Below, in pieces: positions 51,701-64,000 of a stretch of DNA of 64,000 bases. Origin of the DNA: Catajapyx aquilonaris. Its lineage: Eukaryota. Each line of letters begins with the position of its first letter. The first letter of the stretch is position 1. The DNA is taken from contig JYFJ02000032.1 of assembly GCA_000934665.2 (NCBI GenBank), positions 1 through 64,000 of the forward strand, read 5' to 3'. The notes below the pieces were generated by a model. It had not been told where the DNA came from. It searched no databases and was given only the letters and a program-made list of their open reading frames with translations. The position numbers and the translations under genes were made by a program.

Positions 51701-54700
51701 AGTGGTGGCGTCGCACATAAATTAGACACCGGAAGCCTTGAAATGAGGAAGGAGCCCCGAAGAACCTGGCAGCAGGTTTCCAATTTGGTTGCCATGAGAC
51801 AAGGAGGTGAAGGAGGGAACGTAATCGAGAATCGATGGCGTGTATACCCGGCCACTGAACGTAACTACTATAGATGTGTGGCAGATTAGCAGCAGGAGAA
51901 GTGAAGGCTTGAGGTGTTTTCTTGAGGAGCGACGGCACAAATTACCACCACCCATAAAAACCCAGCATATAAAAATAGGGTATGGTCTACCCCCAAAAAG
52001 TTGAGGGCACGTTAAGTTACAATGGCAGCAGGTATGGGCCCCCCTCAAATTGGAATTACATGTGGGAATCGATACGAGAATGGAGCATTCCCGTGCTGAC
52101 CGGAGCTCTTATCTCAAAAGGCGGGCACCCCCCTCCAATTCAGATGGCATATCGCAAGGGGGCTTGGGGTATGACGAAAAGGCCCGGGCTTTTTGCGAAT
52201 TCCATCCTGGCCTCGTTTCGTGTCGTACAATCAATGTTAGGATGGCTATCTTGCTGAAACGGAATATAAGAGAGGAGGGTGGGAGGTATAGGGGGAGGGG
52301 AAAAAAAGCATTATTTTCCTACTTGTTTTACTCGAGAACTGTTATTATTTGAGATGAATATGCAATAATGGTGGTGTACAGTGCAACTACAGGGCATGGA
52401 AACGCGTACGGCACATCTTGCTTTTATATTTATAGTATATACTTATGATTGGAGGGGGCATGTAATTCGTGTAACTTATAGTCATGCGATAAGGATTATT
52501 TTTATGTAGACCCTTTCTTGCAATCGGATATCATAAACTCATTTTATTACAATCATTTTTGATTGGTTATCGGCCGAATTTGAGTGATTTTTTTGCCATT
52601 TACGACCCTTCCCATTCACTGAGTATACCTGCTTTCACGAACGATCAGAGTCACATTTTAACCGAAATTGAATTAAGCATTGTGTAATGTGGCCTTGACG
52701 AGTACTTACTGATGGTAAAGTCAGTTTTTCAGTTGAACAATTACACAGCCTCCTATTGAAAAATGCATGGAAAAATTCAATCAGAAAGAATGCATTATTC
52801 AGACATCAAACACTCGGACAGTATTTTTGATATATTATGCGATTCAAATGTGAATGATCGTTCTACATTTCAGACCCTGAATTTACAGGGTGGTGCAGTG
52901 TCCAGTTCATCAGTTCTAGAGAGTGGAAAAGAGAGAAGTTATGGGGCTGTTAACCGTAGCAATCAGTTGATGAAAATTTCACTCACATATTGTTGCACAC
53001 ATGATTTAAGATCAGTAAAATTATACCTCTGCAAAAGAACGTGCAGTGAACGACCGTTTTAATAGTTCTTCCTTCAGCTGCATCCCTAACCGAGCTGTCA
53101 AATCATACTCGGAGGATGTTGAATTGCCATTTTTTTTTCGAGTCCCTCAGGGAGTTATAGGTATGCGGCGCATGAAGGTATACGTAATGCAAGTGGAGCT
53201 CATTACCTCCGTCGTTAATTCTTCATTGGGCGCTCTGGTTTTGTCGCCGTAGCTGACCATATGTCCATGGCTCATCTCACTGCGGAAATTAATTAGTCTA
53301 TTTTCACCCCCTCTGGCATTTATTACTACACACAGTGTGTAACATCCATAAATTCCGGCGCGAAATGCGCAATTTGGAGGTAATACAGATGCATATGTCC
53401 CTCGGATACCTTGCGTGTTAATATCGACGCTGTAAAAGAAACTACATTGTGTAGCCCCATTACTTTTTCGAATCTAAACGAAAGAGAGTGTGGCATGGAT
53501 GATGTTATTGCAACCTGCGCTTCTTCTACCAGACATGAGCAGCCCATAAAAAATCCCAAAAATAATGCGATTCAATAGCCTTTCCACAGCCCTGGATGTC
53601 AATTTGCACCCTCGCCTACATTTTGCGCCACCGCCGAACCTAATCAACTGGCAATAAAAATATGAGGAATGATCCTAAAAATGACGTCGCACGCCATTAC
53701 GCTCGAATCATAGCCAAGCGATGCTCCAAAAATAAGACTTTGATGTTTATTAAAGTGCGATGCACAATGCGGAAAAACTTCCTGCAGTTTTTTTTTCCAG
53801 GCTCACATAATAAACGTTTATCCTACTGGTTGGGGTACAGGACATTACCCTATTCATGTGCAGCAAGTTCCTAAAGGACGCATTAACCCAGAATTAAATG
53901 GGTCGTCACTTTATCGCCTAGTTTTGGAGTGCGGATGGTCCCCCAAAAAAATAACTTTTGGAGTGTTTCTAAACAATAACTTGCTCAAATAAAAAAGCCT
54001 AAATTTTTATTGATGGCTCGTACAGTGCAGCTTCATGCTCTACTTAATATGAAACGTGGTATAGGGAAAGGGGGAATGCCCGGGCTTCTCTTGTTTGTGT
54101 CCTTTAGTCGTCGAGTGACCCTTGACGACGGGGTGGACTAACAAAGGTCTTTGTGCTAGTCCCTGAAGATATCAAGAGGTCCTGCTCACAATTTGGTCGT
54201 TTCATAATATGGAGTGTAGGATCTGGTCCCTAGGGAGCTGTCAAAAATTCGGGAGGGATGGGGGGGAGAGGTTGAAAACAAAACGCTGGATTTGTTCCCA
54301 TTAATCATGTCCAATTAGAAGATTATTGTCATGCAGCTTTTGCTAAAACCCCGACCTGTATAACCTTTTAGTGTCTTGTTGTTATTCTTGTTTAGTCATA
54401 GTTGGGAGTTCCCATGCAGTTTCTCCAATCGCTGTTATTAGCCTGCTTAACAGTTACCATAAACTTGCGCAATTAGAAGCATCTGGTTGGAAGAGCGTCG
54501 GAAACGAGCTGAATAGTAACGGGCTTTAGAGCCGCTCAGCCAGTCACCGATTTAACCGCAAGTAAAACAGTACTCATTACGCCCTTTTTACAATACAACG
54601 CGGCTCGTATATCAATTTAAATCTATCTCAGCGCACTAGTTGCATTCCAGCAAAAAAAAATAGCTGAAATCAGCGGCATGCTCCCAAAATCGCTTTTCTC

Positions 54701-56538
54701 CAAAAAGGTTAATTACAACATTGTAATGAGGTAGAATGTTTATGGTCGAATAGTTGGACCTTTCTCCCATTTCGGCTGCATTGCTGCTTTTTACTGCCCC
54801 GAAGGATATGCAAGTCTTACTGTAACGGCTACGTTGTTAGATATTACAGTACTTGTGGCGAGAAAAGCATGACGAATTTCTGAAATAACTGCAAACTCCA
54901 GGAGGCAGATGGCGTCTGGTGACTTCATTTCGACCCAAAGTTTCGACCCTTCCCCCTCTCCACCTCCAAAAATTTTTGTCGGGCTGCAATATACGCATAT
55001 AAAGCTCCCAGCACGTTTTCTCGACCCTGGATGGGGGGCTACCCACTTTCCTCCTCAGCTGGAGAGAGCCCCCGCATGGTTTATCCGCACACTAATGCGA
55101 CGAGACTCCATCTCGGAAATTCCTTGGACTTTATTTCTGCAGCGTTTAGTGCTTCCACCGTCTTTTCCGAGGAAACAGGGCAAAAGTGTGTCAGACACTG
55201 GAGCCAGAGGGTCGTCCCTTAATTCTTGCAGGTTGGTTTAGCACGCTCAGAGAAGAGACCTGACGTTCCTGGCCCTTTTCACAAAAAAAAATGTAGGGTA
55301 CAAAAAAAAAACCTGGCCCATTCTCTCAAATTATGGCGGCCATGGAGAGATGAGTTTAAGACTAGAGACGGATGCCCTGCCCTGTTTGTCTCCTAAAACG
55401 ACCTGCGGCAACTTCATGAAAACGCCAGCCCCAAATATAGAACCACGCAGGTTATGTAAATATTCCCGCACAGAGTAGCTACAAGAGAGAGACATTTCAG
55501 CTTAGCGTTATTTAGACTACTCCGGCATATTGTTCATGATGCAATTTTTTTTAAAAGGGCTGAGTTTAGTGTGCTCTACTTTTGTTGTTAACTTCTGCTC
55601 GGAAACTTGTACAGTTCGAGATGTAGCATACAGTAATAGAGGTTGTGCAGTGAGATGCTTTTAAAAAGTCTATTTCCAGCTCCCTGCAGTTTAGATGTCT
55701 ACTTCATTAGTGTATAACAAACTGCAAACCACAATGGCATTACTACCGGTTCAAGAAACAGGCTTATGTTATACCTTGTTACAGGATTTGCCAATTTTTG
55801 GAAAATAATGCGTTCAGGTATACAGAAGGAAAAACAGCCAGATTTGTGCTACAAAAAGGAAAAATCGCAATAGACCAGCCCTTACATTCATTAAAAATCC
55901 GTTCTTTGTTCCAAGCCTTTTATTATCCTACAGAGAAGATGCCTTCGAGAAACATAGGAAAGAAGAGACGCCTACTCTTTCGTCTTTGTCGCCGCAGGCA
56001 TTGATTACTTCTCTTTAAAAAAACATGCAGTAGGGAGAGAAAAGACTGCGGCTTCCCTTTCATTAACAAAATGCCAATTGGAAAAAAAACCCTGAAGCAG
56101 AACGACCCGAAATTGATTTATACAACAACAATATCCATTTTTACCGACCCGGTCACGATCATTGCATCTCCTCACTTGACAACACCTATCATTTCGCACA
56201 GCTTTTTTTTTCTTTTCTTACATAATTAACTCGCATGATATCGACAAAGCGAGAAAGGTAATGGTGTAACATCATTACTGTAAAAAGGGAAAAAAATGGG
56301 TTGGACACGCGGAAGTGCACGCGTTATAAAGAACGACTCCGGTCATATCTTTTGCCCCCTTAGAATGTTATATGCCCTGAGATATAGCTTCATATCCCGA
56401 AGGAATGATACTGCAAAAGTGTTTTTCCAACCGTAGCCAGCGCATTGCTTATCTCTTATTTTGGGACGTAAACGAAATTGCAGGGTGGTCCAGACTTGGC
56501 AGCCGGATGCGATATGCAGTAATATCTCTCTTTTTTTT

Positions 56539-56552
56539 GGGGGGGGGGGGGN
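56539..56552. repeat. Poly-G tract ending in an N, adjacent to a poly-T run
   Basis: tttttttt followed by a G run and n, seen directly. Confidence 0.85.
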
Positions 56553-59089
56553 AATGCTGGCGGCGAGTTCTTATGTGCTGCAACACTGCAGACACGTTTT
56601 TTCCCTTGAAACAAGGCATCGACTTGTTCTCCCCTCGTGAACTTTTTTTTTTGGTGGGCTGCTAATAGACTTGTAGCGTTTAGTACTACAAAGTATCGCC
56701 GCTGCACGTGACGTCTATTGCCAGGACACTGTCATTTCACCCCGTTTTTTTTCCTGGTGCGTATATTTACCCGATCAATCTTGAATGAGTCATGGAATCG
56801 ATCAACCTAAAACTCGCCTGTACTGAACCGCGGGATCAATGGCCAGGTTACCCCTCTCTCTCTCTTTTTTTTTAGAGCAAACAGTGTTGATACTATAGTT
56901 TTTATGATCACGTGTTTCCCAGCAATGTACAGTGCAATCGAATATTTTATACTAGACACTGCTCGTTGTGTCTCTGAAATTACTACGGACAAATTGAGCA
57001 CCATCAGGTTCTCAATGGTGGCGTTACGTATTTTGGTGGCGGCTTCCGGAGTTATCTTTTTTGTGCGTGGTATGTGTGCGACGCCCCTGGAAACCAGTGC
57101 AGACTTTGCAGGCAACTAACGCAGGATGGAGAAAAAGTGGCCAAGCTAATAACCACGAGCAGGGGCTGCCGGCACGAGTAATTTGGGAATGGAGTTCCAG
57201 GAAAATCATAGCAGCGATGCACTGGCATGTTGTCAGGAGTGGCGTTCTTTTTTACATATACTTGTAGATATATATACGAGCAAAGGCCCTACATAAGGGG
57301 GTTGGGTTGTACAGGGAGGGAGGGAAGCTTGGCCATTATCTGACCGTGTTTGGGGCCGTCCTGCCCTAGGGGACGATCCGGGAATGCAAAGACTGGTTTT
57401 CCTTACTACTGCAGGGCAAAGGAGAAGGCCAATTAACTCTTCTGTGCCTCCCAAAACCACCTTCCAAGTTGGCCTTTCTTCGTCTGATGTAAAAAGCCAG
57501 CTTCCAATAGATTCCTTTTTTCCCTTTGTTTTGTACTGTAAACACACTGCTTTACTGCAATCCTGTTTTTTAAAAGCATGAAACTGTAAAATTCTTCAAA
57601 TTCCAATTTTCGTTTACAGTGCAGTTAATGTCAGTTGGTGTGATTTAAAAGATTGGCTCTCGTTCTTGTGCCACTCGGATCCAAATTGATGGGTGGGATA
57701 TGCCTCGCTTTTTTGGGGTAAATGTCAGGAAGGAGGAGGAAAGGATATTGACCACCTGATTAAATGGGGGGTGCAAATTATATGCCATGCTCTGTAATGA
57801 ACGTGTTTAGGAAGAAAGTTATGACAATATCAAGGCTCTCGAACGGCTTGGTTTTATCGCGGAAAATTTTATGATTTTAGGGAGTCATGGTCAGATGAAA
57901 ATAAGGGGAACGGGAGCAAGTTCTTAACATGTGAAGGACGCTAAACACTTCTAGGTTGTGTTGTCAGAAGAAATTGCTATTTGTTTAAATACCGGGGGGA
58001 AGTCGTGGGGGAGGGTTATCTCGACCGGGGAAGGACCGGATTTGGGCCCGTGATGGATGGGTACTGGCGAGAAAAATGATGACCTCATTACGTGTGTATA
58101 GAGTTTCAGACCAGACCGTCTAGAGTTGCAGTGACACGAGAGAAAAGGATTTCAAAGCCTGTTATGCGTGAAGCCATGTGTGGTTGTTTTCTAGTTTTTT
58201 TTCCGAATGTTCAACTGGGGCGAACTCGATAAATATTTGCGCAAATTTTGTTTTGCCTCTAAACGTAGCATTCAATATCCTAATAATTTATTTTAAAAAT
58301 GTTTCATTAGTAGTTGTAAATTTTGTTGGCGCCTTGCTCCAATTATGGAGAACATTGCCTACGTTTTTTATTTGTTCAATTGACAGGTTTTTGTGACTTT
58401 ATTATGCAGAGTACGTTTCACTGTTTTTCCCTGGTGGCAAAGAGTATTCAAAATAATTATGTTCCCGAGAAGAAGGCTTCGGTCCACCGGAAAATATTCA
58501 TTCCTCGGGGAAGCTGACTTTTATGGAGGTTGTAACAAGAGACCCCGCTCACCATTAGGCGCGACTTAGAAAATGTAATTCACAACGATCCTCCTAATCG
58601 TTTTATTAAGTGACGTGAGCAATTTTGTACACGAGAGGAATTTCGAATTCACTGAGCCTCACACTCTTAGTGATTTCAAAAGGCTGACTGGCAATTCATT
58701 CAGATTCAATATGAAGCATGCTACGTTTTTATTTACTCAGATGCTGCTTTAGAGTTGGACATTACAGCATTATTTTATGAGATTGTCAACCAATGTCCGA
58801 AACATCTGATTACATTTTTTTGTTGATAGCCCATGGACCATTTTCTTGCCATGGAAAAGAAAATGGTCCGTATATGGAGGAAAAGTTATTTTCAGTTTCA
58901 ACTGCGGTCTTCCTCTGGCGAATTGACTTTTCTGCTCGGAAACAAGGTTGAAATCTCACGAACCCCATTGCCCAGTCTGCCACGGAAGACTAATGGCAGT
59001 TTTTGGGGGCGTGTGTGTAGCCTCCAGCACCGTTCAACCGACCTCTGGCCGCGATCTTTTTCTCCTGAAGCTGTGGAGCTAAAAATGAT

Positions 59090-59160
59090 GTCGGCATAAA
59101 GCAGCTTGATAATGACGATGCGACACATTCCAGGGCTGCGGGTTCGATCCCCCTGCGGAA
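59090..59160 (+). pseudogene. Degenerate tRNA-like relic (tRNA pseudogene or tRNA-derived SINE head)
   Basis: B-box/T-loop GGTTCGATCC at 59141-59150 in a ggg/ccc stem; tcggca (59091-59096) pairs with tgcgga (59154-59159) with one mismatch; about 71 nt span; D and anticodon arms do not fold well. Confidence 0.3.
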
Positions 59161-59882
59161 TATGGGGCGGAGAGAAGCTGATCTAATTTGTCATAAGCCC
59201 AGCAGCATAATGAAGGGTACGCCGTGTGGGCAAATGAGTTGCACAGTTCGGATACGACGAACAAGTCGTCACCTCTCCTGCTTTTCTCTGTGGCCCCCTC
59301 CGCTTTTCCCTGACAGTATTATCACCCGGAGCTAAAGGAAGGATCGAAAAATAAGATGTAATTTCCCGGGACGAAATTGCAGCCGGGCCTCGACTCGTAA
59401 TGGCATCACCCGGAGGGGACACTGGTTTGTGCGAGAGAGAGAGCTCCGGAAAAACCCACCAAGTTTCTCAATCTTTTGGGCACAAATTCAGGTTGCTATA
59501 TATACCATTATTAATACGACCGAGGATTGGGGCAGGAAATTGCATTCAATTTTAGGGAGTTACCGCCCCAATTTCTTCTTCTTTTAGTTGTTATTATTAT
59601 TAAGTTTTTGTTATTATTACATGAGCAGACCCTTTCACGACCGGTGCACTGATTGGGGCCACTCTTTTATAATCTTTTTGACCGGCTCTTGGAAGGGTGA
59701 TTTCATGCTCTTTGATTTACAAGATGGCTCGAAGGTTGGTTTTCCGAGCAAACAAGCTGACAATTATCAGCACGAAACTTGGGAGCGTCCTCTTGGGTTT
59801 GGAAAAGCCTCGTTATTTGCATTCATACTGCATTATATACCACCAGATAACTGAACCTGTGTTTTTGTGGTTTTTCTTCCAG

Positions 59883-59978
59883 GTATCGTGTTGTTCTTTG
59901 CATCCTGTGGGAGGGAAAGCGGAAGACACACCAGACCAGAGGCCAGTATCCTATCATTATGATATTACAGCCGTTCGA
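59883..59978 (+). other. Candidate internal exon; 3' boundary uncertain
   Basis: Strong acceptor: ctgaac branch-like motif, then ctgtgtttttgtggtttttcttccAG| at 59882; purine-rich body; weak possible donor CGA|GTATGG. Confidence 0.35.
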
Positions 59979-62900
59979 GTATGGAATATTTTTGTCTCGT
60001 GTCGGGAAATTTTTGTTTAATGTTTCTCCACAAAACGCGTTGATGTTTTACTGCAATTAATTGCATCCGGTCGCTCCCTGGTTGGATTTTAATCAGGAAG
60101 CATATACTCGGATAAACGCGTTTGCTTTAAAAAAAACAGAGTGGCGGCCTTTAAAAAAACTGTGGACACGCGGCAGAACCAAGATTTTATGTGCATGACC
60201 GGGTATACTGCACTGGGACACGCTTTTATTGCCATTTTTACGCAAATTAGATACGAATATGGCCGTGGAAAAAAAACAGCGTCCGCACTTCCAGATTATT
60301 ATACCTGCTGCAATGACCATTTCGTCAATGCGATGTCCTCTAATAAAAAGTGGCAGGTCCCATTCTGCGAAAACCGTCTTAATTAGGGGTAGTAATTGGG
60401 CAAAGTCTCCTTTCCCTATCAGCGACCGAATCGGCCACAAAGACATGGCCAGTCCCGTAAATTTGTAATGTCCATTCCATGACAGAGCGAGGGTTCTTTG
60501 GATCTGATGGAGGCGCCCACGAACATGGGAGAAGCACGTGAAAAGTGTCGATAAGAACAGCTAGGCGCCGGCCAGCACACGATTTATGCCGGGCAGGTGC
60601 GCGACTCCAACACGTGCCGGCACAGGACCACGCAGCATCCCGTTGTCATTATACCCACAATCTCAGAGATTGACCGTTGGAAGAGGTTGGGTCGCTTGTT
60701 GGATAAACTCTGGCACACTAAGTCGAAAATTGTTGTATGTTTTTTTTTGTAAACAGCATTTGTGTAACAAAGGGATGAATCAGGTGGCGGAAGTGGCATC
60801 GCGTGAATGCCACTCGCAGCACAGGAATCGTTGTTGCCCATGGGCCTGTATAGCCTACAGAGAATGGTCTCTTTTGTTTCCAACAGGCCGGATTCACCCA
60901 CACATGCTGCATGCGATCAAAGGGGCTTGAGAAAATCGGGTTGCAATTGAGTGGAGACCTGCTGGCCTGATGATGACGAATAAGGTCAAGTAGAGAGAGC
61001 GTGTTCCTCCAAGAGTCTCCTTGGGTGATGAATGAATGGTGCGCGACGAAGAAGGTTTGGCACCTTGCCTAGGAGGTACGTGGGTGCTGCTGCAAAAAGG
61101 GATAAGGTTTCTGGGATAACGCCCTGAAAAGCGGCGGCCTCATAAGCCATCCATTCCGCCGGACACGTCTGACTGACACTTAAATAAAAAAGTATCGGAA
61201 GGGAGTGGAAAAAAAGTGCTTCATATTTGTGCCAGTCATGGTGACTCGGTTGATTTCGGTTACTTCCGAAGACAGCCTTTTTTCCAATGTGTTGTCCGTT
61301 GCTGGACGCACCCTACTAGGCATGACAGTGATGTAATTTAAAAAAGTTGAGGTGTTTCCTGCCAGGTATATCCACCCATGGAATTGATACAACCTGACTG
61401 CAGGTTATACTCGGCAAGAAACGAAGTCGAGGGACGTGATTGCGCGACCAGGCACAAAATAGCCCCATAAATCAAAAAGCACTAGGTGCGACGGTGGAAT
61501 ATTAGTTTCGACTTGTACTGAAGTTGTAAGCACTCAACTCGACCGTGTGGTCAGGCAGGGCAATAAAGCAAGTAATCAAATTAGTACTCTAGCTTGCAAA
61601 GTTTTGGACACTGCTAAGTGCTCCTGATGCCAGGGAACCAACTTTCTTGAGGCAGGAAATTACCGAGCATGTAATTGGCATATTATAGGAGTATACCCCG
61701 CATGCCGGATCATACACTGGAAATAACAGAGTTGCATCTCTACAGCAAGGGGAACCAAACTTTCCCATTTTTGAGGCCCCAAATGTGTGGTTCTTTACAT
61801 GACATAGTTTGAGTTTGATGCAGGCATTTTGGTTCCAATATTCCAGCAGATCCTCGGATCAATATAGCCTCCCGAAAGCGATACATTTTGTTATTCAGCT
61901 TTCTAAGGCAAGCAGCTATTGAATTTCGTATTTATACAGCCCCCCCCTTCCCGCGCCTAGAAACTTCAAAGACTTAGGCCCAGTCTGGAACTGGGCGCCT
62001 TTTATACATTTCCCATCCCGTGAGCGACCCCGAGAATAGCGAATGAGGATTCAAGTGGGAAGCTCAGGCAGCATTTACGAAACGACAAAAGGAAACAGAG
62101 CCTGAATAATGGCGGCGGCCGTGAGTGTAGTTCCGAGTGTGAGTTTTTCCAATGTCACACCGCGATGGACGAAAAAAAAAACCCGCGAGAGCTGCCCTCT
62201 TCCTTTGTTCTCTGGAGCGTGCCATTTTTTTCTGTCTTGCCAAAAATACATCTAGAGTGGGGGGGGGGGGATTCACTGCAAAGCTTGTTGCATTCTGGGA
62301 CATTCCTAGGCAGCTAACTTTGGAAAAAGTTCACAAGGAACGTCACTCGGCGCAGATTTTCCTGTCTGATGATTTGTGAGATGATACCAGTTCTTCCGGA
62401 AAGCGGACAGATGTTTATTGACGGAGCGTGTACTATTTGACGAGACATTTTTGTGGCAATATATATCCTGGAAAACTGCTTTCATGTCCAAACAGCGTCA
62501 AGTCCACCCCTCTCATTTTGAACGGTGCGAGGCTAGAAAAAGACATGGACCTTTTCCGTCCAAGTAAGCTGGCATCAGAAAAAAAAGGGGGACATTGGGC
62601 GATGGAGCGAGTGACCTATAACCTCGTCCAGCAGCTGACGGTCCCATCTGACCAACCTACCATCGAAAATCCATTTAAGGGGTTTCTAGGTCGCACTCGC
62701 GCAGTCCTTGACGGCGAGGGGAGAAGAAGACTAGTAAAAATTGAAATTTAATTGGACATTTGAAGAGTTAGGAGCAGCGGCACTTGAAGTGTAGTTCTGG
62801 AAGATTTCTTGGACGGATATTGGATAAGGTCCAGCGGAGAGAGCGTTTTGGAAGATGAACTCGGATGAGTGATTTCAACTTTACCGCTCATCGCCTTCCT

Positions 62901-63200
62901 AAGTGTTTTCCAAGCCCTTCAAGTTATGTCGCCAGCTCCTTCTCCTTGATAACTTTTCTTTTCTATCTGCTGCAGGGAGGAACAGTGTAAAAACGAAGCT
63001 GGAAAACTTTAGAATGCTGGTAGGATTCGGTATATCCTGTTGTATGACACGTTTACGTACACCAGTTTTACATTGAAGGCACGCGAGGTTGCTCTTGAGT
63101 AAACCAGGATTAGCCTCTTATGCCAGGAACGGCTCTGAATTTTGAAGGGACCGTGTGCAGCGAATCTAAAAGCTCCTCATTATTAATGTCAGTATCCTTT

Positions 63201-63215
63201 TATATATATATATAT
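63201..63215. repeat. (TA)7 microsatellite
   Basis: tatatatatatatat seen directly. Confidence 0.85.
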
Positions 63216-64000
63216 GAAAAAATGAGATCAAAACGGACAGACATTTCACACATTCAAAGGCGACAGTGTTAGACCGCATAAATTAAGCCTCATTTTTTTG
63301 TGTTTGTGTTTTGCATACCAAGAGCTAGAATAATGGGCAGCCCTTGTTCTGACCACTTGCCAGCTCTCTCAGCTATGCGGAAATTTTTAGAGCCTATTTA
63401 TCGGGACCGTTTTTTCCCCCCCTCCACTTGAATTCTCATGGGCCTACCTACTAGATGCATACTGACGAAAGCTCTGACCCCTTTTGGAATATTTTACAGC
63501 CTCATTGTCAGTCTATAGTTCCCTCTGGAGTATTACCCTCTTCATATTATCCCACCGTCCGGAATGAGAGCTTTCGCCGTAATGAGCTTTACGCAGCATC
63601 GACGTAGATTTTTTGATTCGATACATTTTTAATTACCAACCCCACAAGAGACTGTCCGAGACATGTGTTGGAATGTTATTTTTTCTATTTAATGGTCCCT
63701 GCTTGTTTGCTTCTGGATATACAAGCCACAATAGGCCGCACCGCGTTAACAAGCATCTTTGAAGGGCCCCCACTACGTGTATGCTTATAGGCTAATGAGG
63801 CTCTGATTAGATCGATGCTGTGTTACGCAGTCGTGACTTTAGCCTCAACAGAAAATGCTCTGGGAAGGGAGGTGCCCCCTTTTTGGCCAGGGTCCGACAT
63901 GGGGTCCACCTTTTTCTTTTCTTAAATTCACAGGTGCAACCGGGTGCAACCCTTCTTTTTATGGCTACCCCACGGAATGTTTGTTAATTAATTGTTAGGC

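Larger units (their letters stand above)
1..64000. other. Non-coding eukaryotic (probably invertebrate) DNA: large intron or intergenic regulatory region
   Basis: No ORF over 221 aa and none with recognisable domains; frequent homopolymers, microsatellites and splice-like signals; gene density incompatible with prokaryote or phage DNA. Confidence 0.85.

Noticed and set aside
59309..59321. Minus strand TAATACTGTCAGG matches the first 13 nt of miR-8
   Set aside because: The remainder diverges and the flanks do not fold into a pre-miRNA hairpin
1..64000. Scattered GTGGGAA (Su(H)/CSL) motifs and isolated GTRAG donor motifs
   Set aside because: Numbers appear consistent with random expectation; no paired sites or matching acceptors
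1..64000. CRISPR arrays, prokaryotic defence systems, transposase or reverse transcriptase genes, rRNA
   Set aside because: No regularly spaced repeats, long ORFs or recognisable conserved motifs seen

Overview
This window reads as non-coding eukaryotic DNA, most likely metazoan invertebrate. It has mixed base composition with CpG apparently not depleted, many A/T and G/C homopolymer runs, short microsatellites and many TAAT homeodomain-type motifs. None of the listed ORFs (60-221 aa, overlapping on both strands) resembles a protein family I recognise, so I treat them as chance ORFs. I see no operons, rRNA, intact tRNA, CRISPR array, transposase/RT or complete match to a conserved miRNA. The best interpretation (inference) is a very large intron or regulatory desert. 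It holds a few candidate + strand exons: a GA-rich first-exon-like block ending at a TG|GTGAGC donor (23161), a 16-nt micro-exon (29092-29107), an internal exon from 59883, and a 43-nt exon encoding MGGSVS (6831-6873). There are also CTCF-like motifs, a degenerate tRNA-like relic and several hairpins. All calls are by eye and low to moderate confidence. I cannot support a claim of a novel biological system from this sequence alone.
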